64,000 nt of DNA from Rhodospirillales bacterium (GTDB lineage: Bacteria > Pseudomonadota > Alphaproteobacteria > Rhodospirillales > UBA2165). Made by a program: the position numbers and the translations under genes. Each line of letters begins with the position of its first letter. Positions within the stretch are counted from its first letter, which is position 1. The notes under the pieces were generated by a model, which made no database searches, had not been told where the DNA came from, and saw only the letters and a program-made list of their open reading frames with translations. Shown in pieces: positions 40,824 through 49,704 of this stretch. Location of the stretch: contig CBDCSV010000001.1 in assembly GCA_965221855.1 (NCBI GenBank), positions 186,170 to 250,169 of the forward strand, given 5' to 3'.

Positions 40824-41591
40824 ATGGCCGCGAAACCAGCTCTTCGATCGGTGCAGGGGTCGGGCCCCAGACAGGATTTCAACGGTCCGGCGACCTACGC
40901 CGACATGATTGTCGCCGACGTGCGCGAGGCGGTGTTTGCCCGCCGGATGATCCCGGGTGATTTCCTTGGTTCGGAAAAGGATGTTGCCGCGCGGTTCGGC
41001 GTCAGCCGCAACACGGCGAGGGATGCGCTCCGCACATTGGAAGCGCTCGGCATCGTCGATATCCGCGTGGGCGCGGGCGGCGGCGCCCGGATTGCATCGG
41101 GAAGCCCCGATAAATTCGCCGAGGCTCTCGCCATTCAGTTCAATCTTGCCGGCGTCAGCGAAGTGGAAATCCTGGATGCGCAATGGGCGATCGAAGGGAT
41201 GGCGGCGGAACTCGCGGCGGCCCATGCCACGGAATATGATCTGCAACATCTGGGCGAGCTGCTCGCCGAAGCCGAACGCCTCGAGGATGATCCGGCGGCC
41301 TTTGCCGACAGCAGCATGCGCTTTCACATGGCGATTGCCGAAGCATCCCACAACCGCGCCTTGGTGGCGCAACTGATCGCGATCCGTCATGTGGTGTGGC
41401 CGTCGGGCGGCGCCAGTGAAACAAAAACCAGATCCGGGAAAATTCTGGCCTGCCACCGCAAGCTATATGAACTGATCGCCGCAAGAGACGGGGCGGGAGC
41501 CCGGGACCTGATGCACGATCACTTGTCGAGCATTCGGGCGTTCCGCTCGGAAAAATCAAAGGGTAAAGTCGAGGAAATCAATCGCGTCTAG
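40824..41591 (+). CDS. GntR/FadR-family regulator
   Basis: SEKDVAARFGVSRNTARDAL HTH; FCD domain FHMAIAEASHN. Confidence 0.9.
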   Translation: MAAKPALRSVQGSGPRQDFNGPATYADMIVADVREAVFARRMIPGDFLGSEKDVAARFGVSRNTARDALRTLEALGIVDIRVGAGGGARIASGSPDKFAEALAIQFNLAGVSEVEILDAQWAIEGMAAELAAAHATEYDLQHLGELLAEAERLEDDPAAFADSSMRFHMAIAEASHNRALVAQLIAIRHVVWPSGGASETKTRSGKILACHRKLYELIAARDGAGARDLMHDHLSSIRAFRSEKSKGKVEEINRV

Positions 41592-41615
41592 CCGGGCGCG
41601 GGAAGGGGAAAGGAC

Positions 41616-42638
41616 ATGGCAGAGATCATTTACGGTTTCGGGTCGTCGCATGGACCGCTTTTGTCGACGCCGCCGGAGAAATGGGATTTGCGCGCGGCCG
41701 ACGACAAGAAGAACCCGTCGCATCCGTTCCGGGGAGACTTCTACACTTGGCCGGAACTCTACGAACACCGGAAGTCGGAGAACGATTTCGAGAAAGAGAT
41801 CGAGATCGGCGTGCGGGAAGGCCGCGCCGAACGGAATCACAAGAGCCTCGATGCGCTGGCCGATAAGTTCGAGGAGGTCGATCCCGATATCTGCGTCGTG
41901 GTCGGCGACGACCAGCACGAATGGTTCCACGACCAGGTCCAGCCTTCATTCACCGTCTATTTCGGCGACGAGGTGATCAACACGGGGCTGACGCAGGAAG
42001 CTTACGACGCCATGGCCCAGCGCTCTCTCGGTCTGGCGTTGTCGCTGGCCGCCAATCATCCCCCGGAGGATCACAGCTATCCCGTTCCGACGGGACTGGC
42101 GCACCGGATCATCGAGCAGGCGATCGACGACGAGTTCGATATAGCGACCTCGGGCGAGCAGCCGAGCAACGAAAAAGGCCTGATCGGTGTCGGTCACGCG
42201 GTCGGCTTCATCTATCGCCGCATTCTCCGCGACAAGCCGGTGCCGGTCATCCCGATCCTGCTCAATACCTTCTTCCCGCCCAACCAGCCGACGCCGAAAC
42301 GGTGCTACGAGTTCGGACAGTCCATCGGCCGGGCGATCAAGTCGTGGGGCGAAAACAAGCGGGTGGCCGTCTGCGCGTCGGGCGGGGTGAGTCACTTCGT
42401 GATCGATGAGGATTTCGATGACCGGATATTGAAGGCGATGGCGGCGCGGGACGTGGACACCCTCATCAACGAGCCCAATCACATGTTCCGGTCCGGCACG
42501 TCGGAGACCAAGAACTGGATCACCGTCAGCGGCATCCTGTCCGAGACCAGCCTGGAAATGAACCTGCTGGATTACGTGCCCTGCTATCGTTCCGAGGCGG
42601 GGACGGGGAACGCCATGGCATTCGCCACCTGGCAATAA
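41616..42638 (+). CDS. Type II extradiol dioxygenase, DesZ (3-O-methylgallate 3,4-dioxygenase)-like
   Basis: GSSHGPLL, GDDQHE, HAVGFIYRRI, NTFFPPNQPT, SGGVSHF, GTSETKNW, DYVPCYRSEAGTGNAM. Confidence 0.85.
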   Translation: MAEIIYGFGSSHGPLLSTPPEKWDLRAADDKKNPSHPFRGDFYTWPELYEHRKSENDFEKEIEIGVREGRAERNHKSLDALADKFEEVDPDICVVVGDDQHEWFHDQVQPSFTVYFGDEVINTGLTQEAYDAMAQRSLGLALSLAANHPPEDHSYPVPTGLAHRIIEQAIDDEFDIATSGEQPSNEKGLIGVGHAVGFIYRRILRDKPVPVIPILLNTFFPPNQPTPKRCYEFGQSIGRAIKSWGENKRVAVCASGGVSHFVIDEDFDDRILKAMAARDVDTLINEPNHMFRSGTSETKNWITVSGILSETSLEMNLLDYVPCYRSEAGTGNAMAFATWQ

Positions 42639-42704
42639 GGCGCGGCACGCGCCGCGCAATTTCTCGAAACGACCGGCAAAGCCGGCACTACATGGGAGGA
42701 ATAA

Positions 42705-44240
42705 ATGTCTAGGAGTCGTCTTTTACTAACCACGACTGCTCTCGGAGCGCTGATGGCTGCGGCGCCCGCCGCGGCGCAGAAGTCCAAGGACACCCTGCGG
42801 ATCGCCTTTACCGATCCCATCTCCATCGTCGATCTCATTCACGACCCGAAGCCCGAAACCGCGTTGACCGCGCGGATCGTCTTCGACGGCCTTGTGCACT
42901 TCGACGATTTCAGCAAAGAGTTCAAACCGCTCTTGGCCAAGTCGTGGAAGCGGGTGGATGAACTGACGTTGGAGTTCGAACTTCGCGACGACGTCAAATT
43001 TCACGACGGGTCCGCGTTCGATGCCGATGACGCCGTCTACACCATCAACTGGCTGATCGATCCGAAGACCAAGGTCCGATTCAAGACCAACTACATCTGG
43101 ATCGGCAGTGTCGAGAAACTCGGGCAGCACAAGATCCGGATCAAGACCAGGAGGCCGGCGCCCGAAGGGCTGATGCGGCTTGCGAAGTCGATCCCCATGT
43201 TCCCGTCCGAAGTACACGGCGCGTTGGCGAACAAGGCCACGTTCGGCAAGAAGCCGGTCGGCACCGGCCCGTGGCGGGTGACATCGATTTCGCCGACCGA
43301 CGGCATCAAGATGAGTTCCCGAAAGATCGCTCATGGCGGGGACTTCAAGAACGCCACCAACATCAGGAACGTGCATGCGGTGCCGATTCCCAACCGGCAG
43401 ACCCAGGTTGCCCAGCTGCTGACGGGCGGCGTGGATTTGGTCCGCGGGCTGCGGCGCGACCAGGTGACCAATCTTGCCGGCGACCCGCGGTTCGGCGTCA
43501 CCGCGACCACCGGCATGCTCTACAGCTACATCCTGTTCGACGCGGCAAACCGATCCGGCAAATCCGAACTGTCCGACATCAATGTCCGCAAGGCCATACT
43601 TCAGGGCATCGACCGGGAGGCGATCCAGAAGAACATCGTCGCGGGCGGGGCCGAGGACCCGGTGCCGCCGGCGCTCTGCCAGGAATATCAGCTGGGCTGC
43701 GACTTCTCGCCCGTGCCGTACAGGTTCGATGCGGCCAAGGCCAAGGCGGCATTGGCGGCCGCCGGTCATCCCAATGGCTTCGAGGTGACGGTATCCGCGC
43801 TCGGGCCGGCCGGCGTGGTGGCCGAGGCGGTCGCGGGTCAGCTGCGGAAACTCGGCATCAAGGCCGGGGTAAACCGTTTGAACTTCGGCGCCTACCGCAA
43901 ACAGCAGCGGGACGGCAAGTTCCAGATTTTGGTCAGCATGTGGAGTTCCGGCGGCCTTCCGGACACATCCTCGACGGCGAACATGATGTTCGCGCCGGGG
44001 CCCCGGAACTACAACGGGGACAAACAGCTGAACGCCCTCCGGTTGAAGGGGAACTCGGAACTCGACGAGGCAAAACGCAAGGCGGCCTACAAGGCCATGT
44101 TCGATCGCGTGAACGAGCAGGCCTATGTGATGCCGCTCACCACCATGCCGACGGTGTTCGTGCATTCGAAGGACGTGGAGGTGTTGAAGGGATCCTTGTC
44201 GCCCTATGGGGCCTCCCTCAGCCATATCCGCTGGAAATAG
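42705..44240 (+). CDS. ABC substrate-binding protein family 5 (orphan)
   Basis: Signal peptide; PLLAKSW, LRDDVKFHDG, PVGTGPW, VRKAI. Confidence 0.9.
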   Translation: MSRSRLLLTTTALGALMAAAPAAAQKSKDTLRIAFTDPISIVDLIHDPKPETALTARIVFDGLVHFDDFSKEFKPLLAKSWKRVDELTLEFELRDDVKFHDGSAFDADDAVYTINWLIDPKTKVRFKTNYIWIGSVEKLGQHKIRIKTRRPAPEGLMRLAKSIPMFPSEVHGALANKATFGKKPVGTGPWRVTSISPTDGIKMSSRKIAHGGDFKNATNIRNVHAVPIPNRQTQVAQLLTGGVDLVRGLRRDQVTNLAGDPRFGVTATTGMLYSYILFDAANRSGKSELSDINVRKAILQGIDREAIQKNIVAGGAEDPVPPALCQEYQLGCDFSPVPYRFDAAKAKAALAAAGHPNGFEVTVSALGPAGVVAEAVAGQLRKLGIKAGVNRLNFGAYRKQQRDGKFQILVSMWSSGGLPDTSSTANMMFAPGPRNYNGDKQLNALRLKGNSELDEAKRKAAYKAMFDRVNEQAYVMPLTTMPTVFVHSKDVEVLKGSLSPYGASLSHIRWK

Positions 44241-44288
44241 GGGTTGCGTGGGCCGGCCATGGGCCGGCCGCGCTTTCCATGTTGCGGC

Positions 44289-44314
44289 AATATATTTAAC
44301 ATGTTAAATATATT
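44289..44314. promoter_or_regulatory. Perfect 26-bp AT-rich palindrome, probable operator
   Basis: AATATATTTAACA|TGTTAAATATATT just upstream of the 44347 gene. Confidence 0.75.
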
Positions 44315-44346
44315 TCGGATTGATCATCTGAGATAGGGGCCGGCTT

Positions 44347-46020
44347 GTGTTGAAGAACCTCGAGACCCGGTTGATGAGCGCCGGGGAGGCGATCGTTCAG
44401 ACGTTGGTTGCCAACGGGGTCGATACGGTCTTCGGTATCCCGGGCGCCCAGACCTACCCCATTTTCGATGCCCTGGACCGGGCGAAAAGCAGTATCCGCA
44501 CCATCGGTACCCGGCACGAACAGGCGGCGGCCTACATGGCGTTCGGTTACGCCAAGGCCACGGGCCGCCTCGGCGTTTATTCGGTGGTACCGGGACCGGG
44601 GGTGCTGAACACCACAGCGGCGCTGTCGACCGCGTGGGGCGCCAGCCAGCCGGTGCTTTGCGTCACCTCTCAGGTGCCGCGCGACTTCCTGGGCAAGGGG
44701 AGGGGTGCGCTCCACGAAATTCCCGATCAACTTGCGACCTTGAACTCGCTCATCAAATGGGCGGTGCGGATCGACAACCCGGCGGATGCGCCGGAAATCG
44801 TCAACGAGGCCGTGCGGGTCGCGACCTCGGGCCGGCCCGGTCCGGTCTCGGTGGAAATGTGCTGGGACGATTTGGGCAAGTCGGAGATGGTCGGCCTCCT
44901 GCCGCCCGCCGAGCCGGATCCGCACCCGGAAATCGGCAAGGCGGAATTGAGGAAGGCGGCGGATATGCTCATCGCCGCGGAGCGTCCGATGATCTTTGCC
45001 GGCAGCGGGGCACAGCACGCCGCCGACGAAGTTCTCGCCCTCGCCGAGGAACTGAAGGCCCCGGTCGCCGCGTTTCGGGGCGGCCGCGGGGTGGTATCCG
45101 AAGATCACGAACTGGGCGTGTCGAGCCTCGCCGGACACGATCTGTGGCGCGAGTGCGATGTGCTGCTGGGAATCGGCTCCCGGCTGGAGATGCCGTACAT
45201 GCGCTGGTCGCTGGACATGTTCAAGGCGCAATCCGAACCGCTCCCACCGCCGCATCTCATTCGGGTGGACATCGATCCGGAGGAGATGGAGCGGCTGGTG
45301 CCGCATGTTCCGCTGGTCGCGGATTCCGCGGACGGCGCCGCCGCGCTGCTGGATGCGATCAAGGGCAGGCGCACGCCGCCGGACGGCGCCGTCGAGCGGA
45401 TCCAGAAGTCGAAGGCCTGGGCCGAAGAAAAGGCCGATTGGGTCAAGCCCCATAAACAGTACCTGGACGTCATCCGGGAGGTGCTGCCGCGCGACGGCTT
45501 TTTCGTCGAGGAGCTCTGTCAGACGGGGTTCACCTCGAACTTCGCCTATCCCGTATTGGAGCCCCGCACCTATGTGTCCTGCGGGTTCCAGGGCACGTTG
45601 GGATTCGGCTTTCCGACCGCGCTCGGCGTCAAGGCGGCGCACCCGGACAAGCCGGTGGTCTCGATCATCGGGGACGGCGGATTCATGTTCGGGGTCCAGG
45701 AACTGTCGACCGCGGCCCAATACAATCTGGGCGTCGTCACCGTGCTGTTCAACAACTCGACCTTCGGCAACGTGCGCCGCGATCTTCGGAAGTTCTACAA
45801 GGGCCGGACCATTGCCACGGATTTCCACAACCCGGACTTCCCCGCGCTGGCGGAGAGCTGCGGCGTCGACGGACATCGGGTGACATCGCCGGACGAGCTC
45901 AAGCCGGTGCTCGCCGCGGCGCTGGAGAAGGACGAGCCGGCACTGATCGAAGTGATAATCGACAAGACGACGGAACGCAGCCCTTGGCGCTACATCCTGA
46001 TGTTCTACGATGACGTCTAG
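44347..46020 (+). CDS. ThDP-dependent enzyme (acetolactate synthase-like)
   Basis: FGIPGAQ, RHEQAAAYMA, PGPG, GDGGFMF...FNN. Confidence 0.9.
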   Translation: MLKNLETRLMSAGEAIVQTLVANGVDTVFGIPGAQTYPIFDALDRAKSSIRTIGTRHEQAAAYMAFGYAKATGRLGVYSVVPGPGVLNTTAALSTAWGASQPVLCVTSQVPRDFLGKGRGALHEIPDQLATLNSLIKWAVRIDNPADAPEIVNEAVRVATSGRPGPVSVEMCWDDLGKSEMVGLLPPAEPDPHPEIGKAELRKAADMLIAAERPMIFAGSGAQHAADEVLALAEELKAPVAAFRGGRGVVSEDHELGVSSLAGHDLWRECDVLLGIGSRLEMPYMRWSLDMFKAQSEPLPPPHLIRVDIDPEEMERLVPHVPLVADSADGAAALLDAIKGRRTPPDGAVERIQKSKAWAEEKADWVKPHKQYLDVIREVLPRDGFFVEELCQTGFTSNFAYPVLEPRTYVSCGFQGTLGFGFPTALGVKAAHPDKPVVSIIGDGGFMFGVQELSTAAQYNLGVVTVLFNNSTFGNVRRDLRKFYKGRTIATDFHNPDFPALAESCGVDGHRVTSPDELKPVLAAALEKDEPALIEVIIDKTTERSPWRYILMFYDDV

Positions 46021-46058
46021 ACGCTAAGCCAAACCAAGCATCGGAGAGGAATAGGAAG

Positions 46059-47567
46059 ATGAACGTGATGGCCAATGACATGAGCCGGCTGGTGTCCAGC
46101 GCCCGGTCCTTTCTTCAGCGGGATCAGAAGCTGCTGATCGGTGGCGAGTGGGTGGACAGCGCGGGCGGCGATACGTTCGACGTCATCGACCCGTCGAGCG
46201 GCGAAGCCGTCACCAAGGCGCCGCGCGGCAACGCCGAAGATATCGACCGGGCGGTCCAGGCCGCGACCGCGGCGCTCAATGACCCGGCCTGGCGTGACAT
46301 GCAGCCCAGCGACCGCGAGCGGCTGATGCACCGCTTCGCGGACGTCATCGAGGCGCACGCCGAGGAACTCGGGCAAATGGAAGCGCTCGATGTCGGTATG
46401 CCGAGCCTCATCGGTCAGCACGCCGAGGTCGGAAACGTCCTGGCGACGCTTCGCTACATGGCCGGCTGGCCGACCAAGATCACAGGCGATACCCTCAATA
46501 TCGGCGAGGCGCTGCCCGAAAAGCGGTTCTTCGCCTATACCGCCCGCGAGCCGGTCGGCGTCGTCGGGGCCATCGTGCCGTGGAACGTGCCGCTGATGAT
46601 CGCCATGTGGAAGATCGCACCGGCATTGGCGGCGGGCTGCACCATCATTTTGAAGCCCTCCGAAGTGACGCCGCTCGGCGCGCTGCGTTTGGGCGAGCTC
46701 GCTCTCGATGCCGGCGTGCCGCCCGGGGTGATCAACATCGTTACCGGATTCGGCGCCGAGGCGGGGGAGGCCATGGTCGCCCACCCGGGGGTGGCGAAAA
46801 TCTCCTTCACCGGTTCGGTCGCCACGGGCAAGGCGATCAACAAGCTGGCGACCGATACCTTGAAGAACGTGACTCTCGAACTTGGCGGCAAATCGCCGGT
46901 CGTCATGCTGGATGACGCCGACGTGGACAAGGCCGCCCCGGCGATTGCCCGCGGCATCTTCGGCAATTCCGGCCAGGTTTGCGTGGCGGGATCGCGGCTT
47001 TACGTACAGGGCAACGTCTTCGACCAAACCGTGGAGCGGCTGGCCAAGGAAGCGCGCTCGCTGAAGCTCGGACCGGGCCTGCACCCGGAATCCCAGATGG
47101 GCCCGCTGGTCTCCGCCCAGCACCGGGACAAGGTGATGGGCTACATCGAGGCCGGTCTCGAAGAAGGCGGCGAAGCGGTTGCCGGGGGCAAGGCGGTCGA
47201 CGGACCCGGCTACTACGTGGAGCCGACCGTTCTGGTCCGGCCGCCCCAATCATCGACCGTCGTCCAGGAAGAAATCTTCGGTCCCGTGATCACGGCGATT
47301 CCCTTCGACGATCTGGAAGACGCCGCCCGGCTCGCCAACGACACGAGTTACGGTCTGGCGTCCTATATCTGGGGAAGCGACGTTCAGCGGATTCACCGGT
47401 TGATCCCCCGCATCCGGGCGGGCTCGGTGTTCGTCAACTCGTCGCCGTTCCCCCATCCGGCGATGCCCCTCGGCGGCTACAAGCAGTCGGGAATAGGCAA
47501 GGACCTCGGCGAGGAAGCGATCCGCCACTATACCGAATTGAAATCGGTGATGATCGGTCTGAACTAG
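46059..47567 (+). CDS. Aldehyde dehydrogenase (aromatic/phenylacetaldehyde DH-like)
   Basis: IVPWN, FTGS, LELGGKSP, GQVCVAG, EEIFGP. Confidence 0.93.
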   Translation: MNVMANDMSRLVSSARSFLQRDQKLLIGGEWVDSAGGDTFDVIDPSSGEAVTKAPRGNAEDIDRAVQAATAALNDPAWRDMQPSDRERLMHRFADVIEAHAEELGQMEALDVGMPSLIGQHAEVGNVLATLRYMAGWPTKITGDTLNIGEALPEKRFFAYTAREPVGVVGAIVPWNVPLMIAMWKIAPALAAGCTIILKPSEVTPLGALRLGELALDAGVPPGVINIVTGFGAEAGEAMVAHPGVAKISFTGSVATGKAINKLATDTLKNVTLELGGKSPVVMLDDADVDKAAPAIARGIFGNSGQVCVAGSRLYVQGNVFDQTVERLAKEARSLKLGPGLHPESQMGPLVSAQHRDKVMGYIEAGLEEGGEAVAGGKAVDGPGYYVEPTVLVRPPQSSTVVQEEIFGPVITAIPFDDLEDAARLANDTSYGLASYIWGSDVQRIHRLIPRIRAGSVFVNSSPFPHPAMPLGGYKQSGIGKDLGEEAIRHYTELKSVMIGLN

Positions 47568-47669
47568 GGCCGAGGGCGTCGGCGGAATAGCGATTTCGAC
47601 GGCGGCGGCCGGGCGAGGGGATTGGCCCTTGCCCGTCCCATCGGTTCCGCCTATTAACGGCTCACCCGT

Positions 47670-47747
<78 letters not shown>

Positions 47748-47778
47748 TTCCGAAACATCTCCGAATTGCCCCGGTCCG

Positions 47779-47794
47779 TTAACCGCCGTTTAAC
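47779..47794. promoter_or_regulatory. CtrA-binding consensus
   Basis: TTAA-CCGCCGT-TTAAC. Confidence 0.65.
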
Positions 47795-47858
47795 CGGCGA
47801 TTCCTAAATTCTCGACAAAGGCTGGAAGACGCACAGTTCATGTGTGTAATGGGCCTGC

Positions 47859-48191
47859 TTGGAAGAAGCATGGGTGGGTATAGTCGTGTCTATTGTCACG
47901 AATGCTGCGCTTCAAAATCCTCATGAATTGGAGCGGTTCGACAAAATCCAACGCCAGCGCCTCGAGGCTTGGCGGCTTCTCGAACGGGAAGCGAAGGCAC
48001 GGAAGCGGCGGATCGCGCTCAGGCGTGAACAGCGCGCCAAGGCCGAAGCCGCGGCGCGGCGCATGCGGCGCATGCGGGCATTCAAATCATCCGGTGGGTG
48101 GGCAGTGGCCGTCGCCGGCGTTTTCGTCACGGCGGCGTGGTTCTCCACCGATTTCATCGTCTGGCTCGATCGTCTCCGCCACGGGTTCTAG
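47859..48191 (+). CDS. Hypothetical small protein, basic coiled-coil plus C-terminal TM (start uncertain)
   Basis: Arg/Glu/Ala helix then WAVAVAGVFVTAAWF. Confidence 0.5.
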   Translation: MEEAWVGIVVSIVTNAALQNPHELERFDKIQRQRLEAWRLLEREAKARKRRIALRREQRAKAEAAARRMRRMRAFKSSGGWAVAVAGVFVTAAWFSTDFIVWLDRLRHGF

Positions 48192-48483
48192 GCCGCCGGT
48201 CCCACCAACCGGCGGAACCGCCGACGCGGCCCGGGTTCACCCGGGAGGAAACCAAGAGGAAGCGTCAAGGCTTCCCGACGTTGTTCTTGAGGCCGAGGAT
48301 GTAGGCGGCGATGCCGCCTGTCTCCTCCGCCTTGAGAATGAGGTATTGCAGGGGCTGCCCGGCCGGACCTCGACATGGGCCGGAAAGCAATCGCCGGCGG
48401 CGCGGCAGAAAACCATGGCGGAATTGCCCATCTTGCGCATAATGCGCGAAAACGAGGTGAGCCCTGAACCGGGGGTGAACGGG

Positions 48484-48780
48484 ATGAAAGTGCGGATTTA
48501 TCAGCCGGCCAAGACCGCCATGCAGTCGGGATCGGCGAACACCCGGAAGTGGCGGCTGGAGCATGAACCCCAGGAGGCCGCACGGGCCGACCGGCTGATG
48601 GGCTGGATCGGTTCGGGCGATACCCGCAGTCAACTGCGCATGACCTTCGATACCAGGGAAGAAGCCATCGCCTTCGCGGAGAAGAAGGGATACGAATATA
48701 CGGTCGACGAGCCGCATCGAAGACGGGTGAAACCCAAAAGCTACGCCGACAATTTTCGCTGGGACAGAGTGGAGCCGTAA
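48484..48780 (+). CDS. ETC complex I subunit conserved region (NDUFS4-like)
   Basis: RIYQPAKTAMQSG, LMGW.GSGD, KSYADNF. Confidence 0.93.
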   Translation: MKVRIYQPAKTAMQSGSANTRKWRLEHEPQEAARADRLMGWIGSGDTRSQLRMTFDTREEAIAFAEKKGYEYTVDEPHRRRVKPKSYADNFRWDRVEP

Positions 48781-48817
48781 AGGTTCCGCTTACCGGTTCC
48801 GGCTAGAAAGCCGACAC

Positions 48818-48894
48818 GGCCCCGTAGCTCAACTGGATAGAGCAGCGGACTTCTAATCCGCAGGTCGCAGGTTCGAATCCTGCCGGGGTCGCCA
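48818..48894 (+). tRNA. tRNA-Arg(TCT)
   Basis: GGCCCCGTAGCTCAACTGGATAGAGC, anticodon loop CTTCTAA, GGTTCGAATCC, CCA end. Confidence 0.97.
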
Positions 48895-48922
48895 TATTTG
48901 AAAGTTCAGGGGAGGAGAAAAG

Positions 48923-49642
48923 ATGGCCGAACAAACATTTCTGACGGTGGACGGCAGCGAAATGGAGTGCCTGATATCGGCGCCGGCGGGCGATGGCCCG
49001 CACCCGGGCCTGGTGCTCGCACCGCATTTGCCGGCCGATCAAGGGCTCAAGGCGGATGCGTTTTCCGACGGCGTCGCCGACCGCTACGCGGAGGCCGGCT
49101 ATGTCTGCGCCATGCCTCGGGTCTTTCATCGCCAGCCCCTGGACCGGGCCCGGCCCGACAAGCTGGCCGCCATGAACGACGACGAGGTGATGCGGGATTT
49201 GACCGCCGCCCGCGAACTGCTCGAGGCGCGGGACGACGTGAACGCCGGCCGGATCGGAATCCTCGGCCATTGCACGGGCGGGCGGATGACCGTTCTCGCC
49301 CTGACCCGGGATCCCAGCTATAAGGCGGGCATCGACTTCTGGGGCGGCCGGGTGCACTTGCCCTGGGGCGATGGACTGCCGGCGCCCCTGGACGGGGTCG
49401 GGAACATTTCCGTGCCGCTGGCCGGGTTCTTCGGCAACGAGGATCAAAGCCCGTCGCCGGAGCAGGTGGACGAGTTGGAGGCCGCGCTCGAGGCCGCCGG
49501 CAAGAGCTGCGAGTTCCACCGCTATGACGGGGCCGGCCACGCCTTTCAGAATTTCGCCAACGAGGAGCGCTACCGCGAGGATGCCTCGGAGGATGCCTGG
49601 GCCAAGGCGATCGCGTTTCTCGACCGGCACCTGAAGGCGTAG
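48923..49642 (+). CDS. Dienelactone hydrolase family
   Basis: GHCTGG Cys nucleophile, FGNED, GAGHAF. Confidence 0.9.
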   Translation: MAEQTFLTVDGSEMECLISAPAGDGPHPGLVLAPHLPADQGLKADAFSDGVADRYAEAGYVCAMPRVFHRQPLDRARPDKLAAMNDDEVMRDLTAARELLEARDDVNAGRIGILGHCTGGRMTVLALTRDPSYKAGIDFWGGRVHLPWGDGLPAPLDGVGNISVPLAGFFGNEDQSPSPEQVDELEAALEAAGKSCEFHRYDGAGHAFQNFANEERYREDASEDAWAKAIAFLDRHLKA

Positions 49643-49704
49643 CCGAGGGTCGCCTATTCCGGCCGTAGCCAGTAGAGTTGTCCGCTCAAGGGAGGATGAA
49701 TTCC

